A stretch of 64,000 bases of DNA from Azolla caroliniana. Its lineage: Eukaryota; Plantae; Polypodiophyta. Of this stretch, positions 16,738 to 29,650 are shown piece after piece (within the stretch, counting starts at the first letter, position 1; every line of letters begins with the position of its first letter). A program made the translations under genes and the position numbers. The notes under the pieces were generated by a model. The model worked only from the letters and a program-made list of their open reading frames with translations. It did no database searches and was not told the origin of the DNA. The stretch covers positions 124,001-188,000 of the forward strand of contig JBHGNT010000007.1 in the NCBI GenBank assembly GCA_043228905.1, in the 5' to 3' direction.

Positions 16738-17827
16738 AGCTCCCGGCTTGCGAGTTGCTCTTCCTATTTTCTGAGCCAGGGCTGCTGCAGAATGATAATT
16801 ATAAAGCACGCCCTCCCTCTCCCTCTCTCTTTGCGTGCGTGCAACAGACAGAGAGAGCGCACTTAGAAAACAGGGCAAAATGGTATTGCTGCTATATATA
16901 TAGCCTATATGTACTGTATACATATGTATGTATGTGTGTGATTATTATTAGTAGTAGTAGTAGTATGTATGTATACTGTATTATTATTATTATGAAGCTG
17001 TAGAAATGAGCCAAACAATATGTAATGCTACCAGGTTTTGACTCTTGAGTGAGCCACTCTTGCTTTGTTTTAACATCTGTGTACCCGAGTTCAAAATCCA
17101 TGGCATCAAACAACTAAGGATATGGCAGCCTACGCATCTTAATAGATTGTGTTCGGGTAGAATGCATGCCCAAACAATACTTCACACTAACATGGCACTC
17201 TTATCATTTGAGAGTGTCAGAATAAAAAAAACCATGGTGATGTGGCACAATATCATTGGAAGATAAACACTCTAGCATGGACAACTATGATATGTTTTTG
17301 GCATAATCAGTTAATTGGGATCCAATGTGTGGCTGAAGGAAAATCCAAGTTGATGTGTGGCATAATGTTCTTTAACTTGCAGTAATTAAATTTGTGTTGA
17401 TAGGGCACTATTTCATTCGAGTGCCTTAATTGAAAATCCATGTCATTATGTCATGTTATTATTGGATAGGAAAATGTGGGTGGGGAACATGTTTTCTTGA
17501 TTTTAACTTACAAATTGGGTTCTATTACCTTTGGTTTGATTTGGTTTAATGTGTGCCCATATAAAAAATATTGTTAGCATGTCATAATATCATAGCACAA
17601 GCGAAACTTGGGCAAACAACTACGATAAGTGTGGGTCAATGAAGTTGGAAAAAGGAACGTCAAGTGAACAATCGGAATCATGATTCTTTTATCGATGATA
17701 AAACGAAGACAATGGATGGGTAATAGTCTCCTCCAAGTAACGTGATACATGAAATCAAGGAAGAAAAGAAGAAGCAACTGACTCAATTGTTGAAAGAAAC
17801 AAGCAAAACCAGAAGCAATAGGCTAAC

Positions 17828-18228
17828 TGTTGAGCGGCAAGCTCAACCGGAGCCGGATCGGCTGAATAAGCCGGAGCCGGTAAGCGAGACGGATCGGGCG
17901 AAACATATCAGTATGACGGTGAGCAACCGAACCGGCAAGCAGTGGAGGCCGGGTGCAATCCGTAACCGGAAGTCCAATCGGAAGCCTAGTATAGGATAGA
18001 CTACTAGGTAGCTATAGTCTCGTAGTAAGTGTCAGATGCTCGTGTGAGCATTGAAGTACATGGTACTTCTGTCAGTCCCATGAGGACTTGTATAAATAGT
18101 GCTACTTAGCACAGTGTGTATACATAGTCTTGATATAATTTTGAAATTACCTTCTGCTCTGTCTCTGTCTCTGTCTCTCTGTGTGTGTTGTTCTCTGTTT
18201 TACGCTTCCGCAAACACTTACGTTTACA
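17828..18228 (+). repeat. 5' LTR of outer Copia (401 bp)
   Basis: tgttgagcggcaagctc...acgtttaca, repeated at 28739-29109. Confidence 0.95.
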
Positions 18229-18322
18229 TGGTATCAGAGCGCGAGGGTTAAGAATCTCTGTTGCAGATATTTACTCTTGAGAAGAAAACCCTAACAGGTC
18301 GAAAACAGACACAATAGAAGAC

Positions 18323-21300
18323 ATGGATAGAGGCATGGCTACGTCGCTCCCGGTGGAGAAGCTCGACAGGAGCAACTACGCATCCTGGTCTTACAAGATG
18401 CACCAGTACCTGCTTGGACACGGGTACTGGAGTTATGTTGAAGGAGCGAATGATGCGGCGCCAGACTCGGCACACAAGGACTTCCCGGTATGGGAACAAG
18501 CGGCAAGCAGGGTGATGTACTGCTTCGCGTCCAGTGTCGGCGATCAGCTGCTCAGCCACATCCGTGATGCCAAGACACCGAAGGATGCTTGGGGGAACCT
18601 GAAAAAGGTTTTCGCCGCAAGCACCACTGCCCGGAAGCTGCAACTCAGATAGGAGTTGAGCAATGTTCGACAGAAGAACATGTCTGTGGCAGACTACACG
18701 GGCCGGATAAAGGAAATCTACGACTCGCTCGCCTCTATCAATGTTACCATAGAGGAAGACGAGATGGTGCAGGTATGTCTCGGAGGCCTGGCGTCCAAGT
18801 TCGGAGCGTTCCGGACTGCGGTGTGTACAAGGGAGAATACCCCCTCATTCTTCGACTTACAGTCGATGCTCCTTGTAGAGGAGAACCACGCCAGTGCATC
18901 TACCAGTGCATCCCCGGACAGCCAAATGTTGTACACGGGAACGGATCGGCTCCGTGGGCGTGGTGGAAGAGGTGGGTCGGCACGTAATGGAGGCGGCCGG
19001 CAAGAGCAGGAACGAAGGCACTATGAGTGTGCCGACAACAGTTCCGGGACTTCCACAAGCAGGGGGAGTCAAGGCGGTGCCGGAGGCCGGCAAGACAAAT
19101 CCGCTACGGAATGCTGGTACTGTGGCAAAAAAGGCCACAGGGAAAGCGAGTGCTGGAGAAAGCGTGCCGATTCGGACAAATCCGGATCCGGCAAGACTGG
19201 TAAGGATGGCCGGCAAAACTCGCACTACGCAAACGGATCAGGAGGACCCGGAACCGGAAAGGCCGGTAAGGGGCCAGCCTTGGTGATGAATCACAAGGCA
19301 AACTCAATGAAGAAGACCACTTCCAAAACGGAGGAAGTGTGGTATGTTGATTCCGGCGCGTCAAACCACATGACGAGCCACAAAGAGTGGTTCTCCTTTC
19401 TGGAGAAACCGGATCAACCAGGAGTAGTCGAAATCGGAGACGACACTCCTCACCCAATCGTGCACGTCGGAGAAGTCCCTCTAAGCCACGTCGGACAGAA
19501 AGGGAAGCTGATGAGCGTATTACACGTTCCGACAATCACGAAGAACCTGGTGTCCGTCGGTCAGATTGTCGACCAGGGTATGCAGGTGCGGTTTACGCAC
19601 CTCGGGTGCTTCATTGAGGATGAGGGCGAAGTCATTGCGCAAGGGCGCAGAGACGGGAGGATGTTTATCCTCAACACCAATGACTTTGGCACCGCTCTAT
19701 TCGCGAAACGACAGAAGGTCGGGTCGGACATCGACCTATGGCACAAGCGGATAGGCCACGTCAACTACCGGAGGCTTCAAGATCTGCAAACGAAACAAGT
19801 CGTTTTCGGTTTGTCGAAGTTCAGCGGCCGGAGAGCCGAAATTTGTGAAGCCTGCCAACTTGGGAAGCAACACCGGCTTCCATTCCCCACCGAATACAAC
19901 CGGAGCCGTAACAAGCTCGATCTCATCCATTCGGATGTGTGGGGACCGGCACAAAGTGTAAGCCTTGGCGGGAGCCGGTACTTCGTCTCCTTCATCGACG
20001 ACTATACTCGACATACTTGGATCTACCTCATTGAGCGGAAGAGCGAAGTCTTCGACTGTTTCCGGAGCCTCCAGAAGATGGTGGAACGGGAATCGGAGAG
20101 GAAGATCAAATGCCTTCGGTCGGATGGCGGAAAGGAATATTTTTCCGGCCAATTCACTAGTTATCTGCAGCAGAAGGGAATTCGGAGAGAGTTCAGCTTC
20201 AGATACACACCGGAGCAAAACGGTGTGGCCGAAAGGAAGAACCGGACACTCGTTGAAGCGGCAAGGACAATGCTGGAGGAGAAAAGCATGCCCCGGTTCT
20301 ACTGGGCGGAGGCGGTCCGGACGGCCGTCTACATACAAAACCGCATTGGTGACAAGGTGTCAGCTCATGAGCTGTATTTCGGGCGCAAGCCGAACTTAAG
20401 ACACCTTTGGATATTCGGCAGCATAGCGTATGTGCATGTGCCGGATCAGAAGCGGAGAAAGCTGGATGCAAAATCGGAAAAATGCATCCTAGTTGGCTAT
20501 GCTCAAGAGCAAAAGGGGTATAAGTGCTATAACCCTCGGACGAAGGAAGTCCGAGTTAGCCGGGATGTCGAGCTCGATGAATCGGCATCCTGGTACTCCG
20601 TACCGACTCCGACTTCCGATCCCGACCCAATGCCGGAAGATCAGGCCAGTGAGCCTGAATCAGCCCTGGTAGAGGATGATGAAGTCGGGACTCAAGATGA
20701 GAGTTCGGAATCGTTACAGTTGAGTGGACCGAACGAGCGACTGAGTCGGTTGGACCGGTTGGATGAAGAGACGGCAAGTGGTGGAGACTCTGTCGTGCTC
20801 TCCCCGCGTAAGGAACCGAGGAAATGGTTCACGCGCAAAGAGAAGGGGAAGAGGAAGATGCCGGAATTCAAAACCGGCAACGATGAGTTGGATCGGTGCG
20901 TATCCGACTACGGAAAGGAGAAAGGCGGATCTTCAGCAACGAAGACCGAATTGGCCAAGAAGGGCCTCAAATCAGGTGACGGTGCGTTGCGCCGATCAAC
21001 CCGCTAGAAGGATCCCGTCCTGCGGTACGGGTACAATGAATACATGGCGCATCATTATGCGTACATGACTAAGGTGACAAAAGTGTGTGAGCCGGAGAGC
21101 TACGCAGAAGCGGCAAAGGACGCAAATTGGCGTGCCGCTATGGACGAAGAAATGCGGGCGCTCGATGCCAACGAAACTTGGGACCTAGTTGACCCTCCCT
21201 GTCACTGTAAACCGATCGGATGCAAGTGGGTGTACAAGGTCAAGTACAACGCCGACGGTTCTGTTAACCGGTACAAAGCCCGGTTAGTGGCGAAGGGATA

Positions 21301-23361
21301 CGCGAAGACCCACGGAATCGACTACGACGAGACCTTCGCTCCTGTGGCGAAGATGACGACGGTTCGTGTGGTACTGGCGGTTGTTGCGGCAAGGGGGTGG
21401 CATCTTCACCAGATGGATGTGAAGAACGCCTTCCTTCAAGGAGGGCTTGAAGAAGAAGTCTTTATGACTCAGCCCCCCGGATTTCAATCGGAGATGAACA
21501 AGTCGGCGGTATGCCGACTACAGAAGTCGCTTTACGGCTTGAAGTAAGCCCCCCGAGCCTAGAACGCGAAGATCACGCACTGGTTGCGTAAGCTGGGGTT
21601 TGTTGTCTCTAAGTCGGACTCTTCGTTGTTCATCTGGCAAGGCTCTGACGGTCCGGTATGTATACTCTTGTATGTGGATGATTTAGTCATCACCGGACCA
21701 GGTCTTCCCGAAATCAACCGCGTCAAGTCCTAGTTGTCGGACGCATTCGAAATGAAGGACCTGGGGGACCTTCATTATTTTCTTGGGATCGAAGTGATCC
21801 GGACCCCCGACGGCATATTACTCTCACAACGACATTACGTGTTGAATATGTTGTATAAGTTCGGCATGACGGATTGCCGACCTGTCTCCACACCCCTGGA
21901 CCGGAACCAGAAGCTCCGTCCCAACTCCGGACCGGCCTGCAATGAGAAACGGTTCCGACAGGTCGTCGGAAGCCTGATCTACTTAACCATCACCCGACCC
22001 GACATTAGCTATCCGGTCGGCATGGTAAGTCAGTTCATGCAGAAGCCGACCGTGGAGCACCTTCAGTGCGCGCAACGAATATTACGGTATGTCAGCGGCA
22101 CTAAGGACCGGGGACTGCTATACCGTCGAGGTATACCCGAAGAGCTTGTCGGTTACACAGATGTTGACTGAGCCATCGATGCATCTGATCGCCGCTCCAC
22201 TTCCGGATACATGTTCTCCATAGGTAGCGCGGCCGTTGTGTTGAGCAGCAAGAAGCAGCCCACAGTGGCTTTGTCAAGCAATGAGGTTGAGTACCGGGCC
22301 ACTACCGTTGCCACTTGTGAAGCCATCTGGCTTCGGCGACTGCTGCGAGACTTGCGGATCGAGGTACCCACCCCGATCCCGATTTACTGCGATAACATGA
22401 GCAGCCTATAGCTCGCCAGGAACCCTGTGTTCCATGCTCGCACAAAGCACATCGAGGTGCACTACCACTTCGTGCGTGAGCAGGTCCTGAGCGGTGAAGT
22501 TGACCTACGGTATGTTCATACGGATCGGCAAGTTGCCGACATCTTCACCAAGCCGCTCGGATCGGACAAGTTGCAGCACTTTACCGACATGCTTGGTATT
22601 CAGCATCTCGACGTGCCGCACTTGAGGGGGAGAAGCAAGGGCAAAGTCTCTACCGAAACGGGCAAAGGCCAAAAAATTGTTGAACCCATCGGTAAGAGGA
22701 GAGCCGGAAGAAGAGGAGACAAGAAGATGAAGGAAGTCGAGTCGACGAAGGAAGTCGACACATCCGAACAGGTCGGAGCAAGCGGCTATGAAGAAGAGTT
22801 GTGCACTCAGGAAGAGAAGCGCATGCTGTGCGGAGGTCATCACGACTGTACTGACCATGATACAGAGTCGAATGAAGAATTCGATTTCGGTTCACCGGCT
22901 GAAGAAGCCGAGGGAAGCATGGAGAAGGCCAAGACTTGGAAGTGGTCCGATGTGGTGAGAGGCCTGAAGCCGGAAGTCAATTCGGAGTGTACCGATTCGG
23001 ACAAGAGCTGGAACGAGTCGGAGATAGCTGACTCGGATCAACAGATGGATCCGAATGAGTCGGATCAACTGAAGGCCAAGGGGACACGGACACAGCGGAA
23101 GTCGATGCCATCGTGGGAGAACCGACGGATCGGCAAGCGCCGGAGTCACAGCAACGTGAGTGCTGAGATGGGCCTATTGAGCAGACATGCCGACCGAGAG
23201 GGTCGAGGCGCGCAAAACCAAAGGGGTCGTGGCAAACAGGACCGGACCGGACGAGGAGCGCGAGCAAGGCGGAGTGACGCCAGGAGAAGTCGGTTGGAAG
23301 AACCGACTGCCACAGAGGTCGACACTACGACCCCAGCTCAGGATGAGCTTGAGGGGGAGTG
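18323..23361 (+). pseudogene. Outer Copia gag-pol, single frame with 7 premature stops and a long C-terminal extension
   Basis: Zinc knuckle CWYCGKKGHRESEC, protease WYVDSGAS, integrase [40 protein letters not shown] and RNase [13 protein letters not shown]. Stops at 18650, 21005, 21545, 21560, 21731, 22169 and 22409. Confidence 0.95.
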
Positions 23362-23976
23362 TGTTGGGAGACAGGTCCCTCCGGATGGGAAGGGAGAAGA
23401 ACAGTGCTGACGAACAAACTCGGCGGAGGCCGACAGGCCGAGGCCGAAACGGTATGAACCGGATGGGGAGTACCCGACTGCGGAGAGCCGGATGGTGTAG
23501 GCCCGGTATGAACCAGAGGAAGAGACATATTCGTAAATATGTTTCTGAGAGCCCATCGAGGCTACATTTGTAAATAGCCGAAAAGTCATATTAGTATAAA
23601 TATGACTTAGGGCAAACTTTTTGTTGTGTTGTTGTTATTCTTCCTTGTTGGTGCAAGAAGAAGAGAGAGCGCGTAACTGTACAGAGAGAGAGAGAGAGAC
23701 GAGGTCGTTGCCTCTGTTGTAACCGCCGCCTGTGGCGAAGATCTGAGAGCACGAGGTAGTTGCCTCAGTGAACTCACTGTTGTATATTCCTACTTAGTGA
23801 CAGTTTGCAGCCTGTGGGCTGCCGTGGTTTTTTCCCTTATTTTGGGGTTTTCGACGTAAACCTCCTGTGTACCATTTCTCCCCTTTGTGTCGCGTTTCAT
23901 TTCCTGTTTGTCTGTGTATGAAAAGAATCTCGGTTGTGGCCGAGCGTCGGACATAAGGAACGTTGTGTTCTCATCA
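23362..23976 (+). repeat. 5' LTR of nested Copia (615 bp)
   Basis: tgttgggagaca...ttctcatca, matching 28079-28735. Confidence 0.95.
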
Positions 23977-24006
23977 ATTGGTATCAGAGCAAAATCGACA
24001 CAGAAA

Positions 24007-27000
24007 ATGGACGAATCGTTTGGCGGCATGTTCAAGCTCACCGGCTCCAACTATTCAGTGTGGAAGTCGAAGATGAGGGACATGCTCGTGGTTAAAGACC
24101 TCTGGCTGCCGGTTCAGTTCGGGGACAAGAGACCGGACAACATCGACGCCGCGATATGGGAGGTGATGCACATGAAGACAACGGCGTACATACGGTGCTT
24201 CATCGACATGAGCCTGTACAACAACTTCAATGAAGAGAGCAAGGCTCATGAGCTCTGGGAGAAGATCGGCATAATGTTCCAGAACAAAAATGTTGTCAAT
24301 CAGGTGTCGGTATTCCGGAAGCTAGTAAGACTCTGGTACCAAGATGGCTCCAACATGGCGGAGCATATGAATGCCTTCCAGGGGCTGATCCACCAGGCAA
24401 CGTCATTGGAAGTACCTCTTGCCGATGAGGTCCTAGCGCTACTCCAGCTCGGTTCCCTCCCGGATAGCTGGGAGACGTTGGTTGTCACTTTGGGCAACGC
24501 CGGGCCGGAAGGAAAACGGTTATCCCTAGCAAGAGTAAAGTCGAGCTTGCTAGATGAGGAGGCTCGTCGGAAAGACAAAGATACGAGCTCCGACTCCAAA
24601 GTGCTCCTTACCGAATCGGAACGCGGAAGACATAGAAACTGTAGTCCCCAGAACCGGGAGAAGTCGGGGACACGGTCAAAGTCAAGGGGGAGGCCTACTT
24701 GCTTCTATTGTGGCAAGCCGGGACACTTCCAAAAGAACTGTCGGCATTTCCGTAAAGACAAGGAAACCGACGGTACCGATTCGAAGCAAACCCCGAACCG
24801 AAACGGTACAGACCGGAACTATAAAGACCGGAGGGGGCCGGACCGGAAGGGAACGACGGCAATTGCGGCAAGTGAAGAGGAGTTGATGCTCATCACCGAG
24901 GAGAGTGAGATAAACCATGCCGGCGACAAGATGACCTGGGTGGTAGACTCCGGAGCGTCGTTCCACCTTACCCCGGACCGGAAATGCTTCTCGTCCTACT
25001 CAGCCGGTGATCACGGCTGTGTCCGGATGGGGAATGAAGGAACATGCCGAATTGTCGGCATAGGAGACGTGTGGCTGACAACACCAACCGGATGCAAGTT
25101 GCTGTTGAAGGATGTCCGACACGTTCCGGAAGTTCGTCTGAACCTGATATCAACCGGTCGGCTAGATGATGAAGGCTACACGGGTAGCATCCAGAACGGT
25201 GTCATGAAGTTCAGCAAAGGGAGCCTGATTGTGGCTCGGGCCCGGAAGGTAAACACTCTGTACCTGATGAATGCCCGGTTATGTCCGGAAGAAGTGAACG
25301 CGGCTTCCGACACTGCCGGTGAGCTGTGGCACAAGAGGCTATGTCACATGAGTGAGAAGGGGATGAAGAGGCTTGGAGACGACAACCTCATTCCAGTGAA
25401 GAACGTGCACTTAGAGAAGTGCACTGATTGTCTGGCCGGTAAGCAGAACCGGACCTCCTTCCGACCAAGGCCACCGATGAGACGTAATGCACCACTGGAG
25501 TTGGTGCATACGGATGTTTGTCAAGTAGACACGAAGTCACATGCCGGAGCGCAGTACTTCGTGACGTTCATAGATGACCACAACCGGAAGCTGTGGGCCA
25601 CACCGCTGAAGACGAAGGATCAGGTGTTATCAGTCTTCAAAGAGCTCCACGCGAGAGTGGAAAGAGAAACCGGCCAGAAGCTGAAGGCGGTTCGAGCAGA
25701 TAACGGAGGAGAGTACTGGGGGCAGTTCGAGTAGTACTGCCGCTCGAAGGGAATCCGGCTCGAATTTACCGTGCCGAAGATGCCGGAACTAAACGGACTA
25801 GCCGAGAGGATGAACCGGACCATAATGGAGAGGGTCCGGAGTATGCTAGCGCATGCAAAACTACCCAAGAAGTTTTGGGATGAGGCACTGTCGACGGCGA
25901 CATATGTGATAAACAGATCACCCTCAGTACCCTTGGACGGAGACACGCCACAGAGAGTATGGACCGGTAAGGAAGTGTCCTGCCGGCATCTGAGGGTGTT
26001 CGGGTGTCTCGCGTACGTGCATGTAGCAAAGGACCGGAGAGGAAAGTTAGATCCAAAGACCCGGCCATGCATATTCCTCGGTTACGGTGACGATGAGTTC
26101 GGCTACCGAGTATGGGACCCGGTCGACAAGAAGGTATTCCGGAGTCGAGATATTATCTTCATGGAGGACAAGACGCTCGCCGACTGGGAGTCGGAGAAGA
26201 AGATAATGAACTCCGAGTCGACCGGTAAGGATAGACTCTACAATGAGCAGACCCAACCGGCAAGAGACCGGTTAGCACTCGAGGAACCAACCGGTTACGG
26301 TGAGGATACCGAACCGGCAGAAGAAGAAGTAGAGGAAGCTGAGACCGGAACCGATCAAGACCCCGAATCGGATTCGGAAGAAGAGCAAATGGAGGAACCG
26401 GTTACCGAAGCCCGAAGACGTACATATCCTCTCAGAGAGAGAAGGGCGCCCCGGAGATTTCCGGATGCAGAGCATGTCCTGCTGACCGATGAGGGGGAGC
26501 CGGAAAGCTTCGAAGAAGCGAAGGAAGACACCCATAGCCGAAAATGGTTGAGTGCCATGCATGATGAGATGGATTCTCTGCATGAGAACCATACGTACGA
26601 ATTGGTGGAGCTGCCGAAAGGAAAGCGGGCACTCCGAAACAAGTGGGTGTTCAAGTTGAAACCGGGAGATGCCGGCAACCCCCCGAGATACAAAGCCAGG
26701 ATCGTGGTGAAGGGGTTCCAGCAGAAGAAGGGCGTGGACTTCGACGAAATATTCGCCCCGGTAGTGAAGATGACCTCCATCCGGACGGTGCTGAGTATAG
26801 CAGCAAGCATGGATCTCGAGGTAGAGCAGCTGGACGTGAAGACGGCATTCCTTCACGGCGACCTCGAAGAGGAAATCTACATGCAGCAACCGGAAGGATT
26901 TGTGGAGAAAGGGAAGGAGCACCTGGTATGCCGGTTGAAGAAGAGCCTGTACGGACTGAAGCAGGCTCCCCGGCAATGGTACCGGAAGTTCGACTCCTTC

Positions 27001-28068
27001 ATGACCGATCAAGGGTACCATAAGACGCAGGCCGATCACTGCGTGTTCGTGAAGAAGTTCAAAGGAGGGGACTTCCTGATACTTCTCTTGTACGTGGATG
27101 ACATGTTGATCGTCGGACGAGACCAAGGCAAAATACGGATGCTGAAGAAGGCTCTCAATCGGACCTTCTCAATGAAAGACTTGGGTCCGGCAAGACAGAT
27201 GTTGGGGATGCACATCATTCGGGACCGGTCAATGAAGCAATTATGGCTGTCACAGGAGAAGTATGTGACAAAGGTGCTTCACCGGTTCGACATGTCAGAT
27301 GCAAAACCGGTCGGATCGACACTTCCGGCAAACTGCAAGTTGTCCGGCAAGCAAAGCCCGAAGACAAAAGGAGAGAAGGCAGATATGATGAAGATTCCAT
27401 ATGCCTCTACCGTCGGGAGCTTGATGTACGCAATGGTTTGTACCCGACCGGACATTGGATACGCAGTCGAAGTGGTGAGCCGGTTCATGAGTAATCCCGG
27501 CAAGGAGCATTGGAACGCGGTCAAATGGATACTCCGGTATTTGAAGGGCACTTCAAATATGTGTCTCCGATTCGGCTCCGGGAAACCTCAACTGGACGGT
27601 TTCACCGATTCAGACATGTCGGCTGATGTGGATACCAACCGGTCTACATCCGGGTATGTGATGACATATGCAGGGGGAGCTGTTTCGTGGTAGTCGAGGC
27701 TGCAGAAGACGGTTGCATTGTCAACCACAGAGGTGGAGTACATGGCGGCTGTAGAAGCCGGCAAGGAAATATTATGGATGAAGGACTTCATCGGAGAGCT
27801 CGGTATCTGGCAAGAGGAATACCGACTCTACTGCGACAGTCAAAGTGCCATCCACCTTGCTAAGAATGCGGCCTACCATTCCCGGACGAAGCATATCCAG
27901 CGGAGGTATCACTGGATCCGGGAAAGGGTAGATGACCAGGAGTTCGCACTAACGAAGATCCACACGGCCGAGAACGGGTCAGATATGCTGACCAAAGTGC
28001 TGACACCCGACAAGCTGGACGCATGCCGGAAGAGGATCGGGCTGAAAAGACACCCCATGCCGGAGTGA
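24007..28068 (+). pseudogene. Nested Copia gag-pol, single frame with two premature TAG stops
   Basis: ATG at 24007. Motifs CFYCGKPGHFQKNC, WVVDSGAS, HTDVC, ADNGGEY, QLDVKTAFLHGDL, YVDDM and HSRTKHIQRRYH. Stops at 25732 and 27691. Confidence 0.95.
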
Positions 28069-28078
28069 AGGGGGAGTT

Positions 28079-28735
28079 TGTTGGGAGACAAGTCCCTCCG
28101 GATGGGAAGGGAGAAGAACAGTGCCGACGAACAAACTCGGCCGAGGCCGAAACGGTATGAACCGGATGGGGAGTACCCGACTGCGGAGAGCCGGATGGTG
28201 TAGGCCCGGTATGGACCGGATGGGGAGTACCCGACTGCGGAGAGCCGGATGGTGTAGGCCCGGTATGAACCAGAGGAAGAGACATATTCGTAAATATGTT
28301 TCTGAGAGCCCATCGAGGCTACATTTGTAAATAGCCGAAAAGTCATATTAGTATAAATATGACTTAGGGCAAACTTTTTGTTGTGTTGTTGTTATTCTTC
28401 CTTGTTGGTGCAAGAAGAAGAGAGAGCGCGTAACTGTACAGAGAGAGAGAGAGAGAGACGAGGTCGTTGCCTCTGTTGTAACCGCCGCCTGTGGCGAAGA
28501 TCTGAGAGCACGAGGTAGTTGCCTCAGTGAACTCATTGTTGTATATTCCTACTTAGTGACAGTTTGCAGCCTGTGGGCTGCCGTGGTTTTTTCCCTTATT
28601 TTGGGGTTTTCGACGTAAACCTCCTGTGTACCATTTCTCCCCTTTGTGTCGCGTTTCATTTCCTGTTTTTCTGTGTATGAAAAGAATCTCGGTTGTGGCC
28701 GAGCGTCGGACATAAGGAACGTCGTGTTCTCATCA
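28079..28735 (+). repeat. 3' LTR of nested Copia (657 bp; contains a 54-bp tandem duplication)
   Basis: Matches the 5' LTR except for a 54-bp duplication, a 14-bp deletion, one extra AG unit and a few substitutions. Confidence 0.95.
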
Positions 28736-28738
28736 GAG

Positions 28739-29109
28739 TGTTGAGCGGCAAGCTCAACCGGAGCCGGATCGGGCGAAACGGATCGGTATGACGGTGAGCA
28801 ACCGAACCGGCAAGCAGTGGAAGCCGGGTGCAATCCGTAACCGGAAGTCCAATCGGAAGCCTAGTATAGGATAGACTACTAGGTAGCTATAGTCTCGTAG
28901 TAAGTGTCAGATGCTCGTGTGAGCATTGAAGTACATGGTACTTCTGTCAGTCCCAAGAGGACTTGTATAAATAGTGCTACTTAGCACAGTGTGTATACAG
29001 AGTCTTGATATAATTTTGAAATTACGTTCTGCTCTCTCTCTGTCTTTGTCTCTCTCTCTCTCTCCGTGTTGTTCTCTGTTTTACGCTTCCGCAAACACTT
29101 ACGTTTACA
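28739..29109 (+). repeat. 3' LTR of outer Copia (371 bp)
   Basis: Matches 17828-18228 with a deletion of about 34 bp between cggatcgg repeats. Confidence 0.95.
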
Positions 29110-29114
29110 CTAAC

Positions 29115-29650
29115 ATAGCAATTGTTCTCTAACATTGAACAAAAGAATGATTTTGAGAAGGTTTTGGAAGAAAAACAAACATGTTATATGAAAAAAAAGA
29201 GTCGATTGATAGAAGATAAGAGAGTGAAGACGATGAATGTCTCAACAAGAACAATACAATTGAAGGGTCTGATGAAGAACAAGAAGAAAAATTCACAAAT
29301 GTGCCCGCATTGGGCTCCAATAACAATAGAGACACAAGTCGAAATTTACAATGGTAATCAATTGATGGTGGCATTGATTGATTACAAATTTGCGACCAAT
29401 CAAATGTCAACCGAGTTTTACTAAAGGGGGCAGTGACCTATCAATACTAAGCATGGGTAGAAGATACATATGCCAAGGAAGGCAACAAAAGAATTTCCCA
29501 AGGCTCGTTTCAACATTGGGGGCCATATATAATTGCATTGCCGATGGAGACAAAAGTGTTTAATAATGAGTTGTCCTATCCAAGAGTGAAGAGCCAAGAT
29601 TGAGAAAGATTGGTGCATTCTTGGTTGTCTGATAAAATCATGAGAGGAAT
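29115..29650 (+). mobile_element. Highly decayed older retroelement remnant (host of the outer Copia), possible retropepsin
   Basis: A-rich, gag-like charged sequence continues across the CTAAC TSD. VALIDYKFATNQMS at about 29367-29410 resembles the ALIDSGATHNFM protease motif. Confidence 0.3.

Larger units (their letters stand above)
23362..28735 (+). mobile_element. Full-length nested Ty1/Copia element (Tnt1/Tork-like)
   Basis: LTRs at 23362-23976 and 28079-28735 (TG...CA). TSD GAGTG at 23357-23361 and 28736-28740. PBS tggtatcagagc at 23979-23990. PPT gaagggggag at 28067-28076. Confidence 0.97.
17828..29109 (+). mobile_element. Full-length Ty1/Copia LTR retrotransposon (outer element, interrupted by a nested Copia)
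   Basis: TG...CA LTRs at 17828-18228 and 28739-29109. 5-bp TSD CTAAC at 17823-17827 and 29110-29114. PBS tggtatcagagc (tRNA-iMet) at 18229-18240. PPT gagggggag at 23351-23359. Domain order gag-PR-INT-RT-RH. Confidence 0.97.

Noticed and set aside
18650-18652. Programmed gag-pol stop read-through
   Set aside because: The stop lies early within gag and is one of seven similar transition-derived stops.
18248-28833. Many antisense and alternate-frame ORFs over the Copia elements (for example 26272-27126)
   Set aside because: Shadow ORFs of GC-rich gag-pol and LTR sequence, with no independent motifs.
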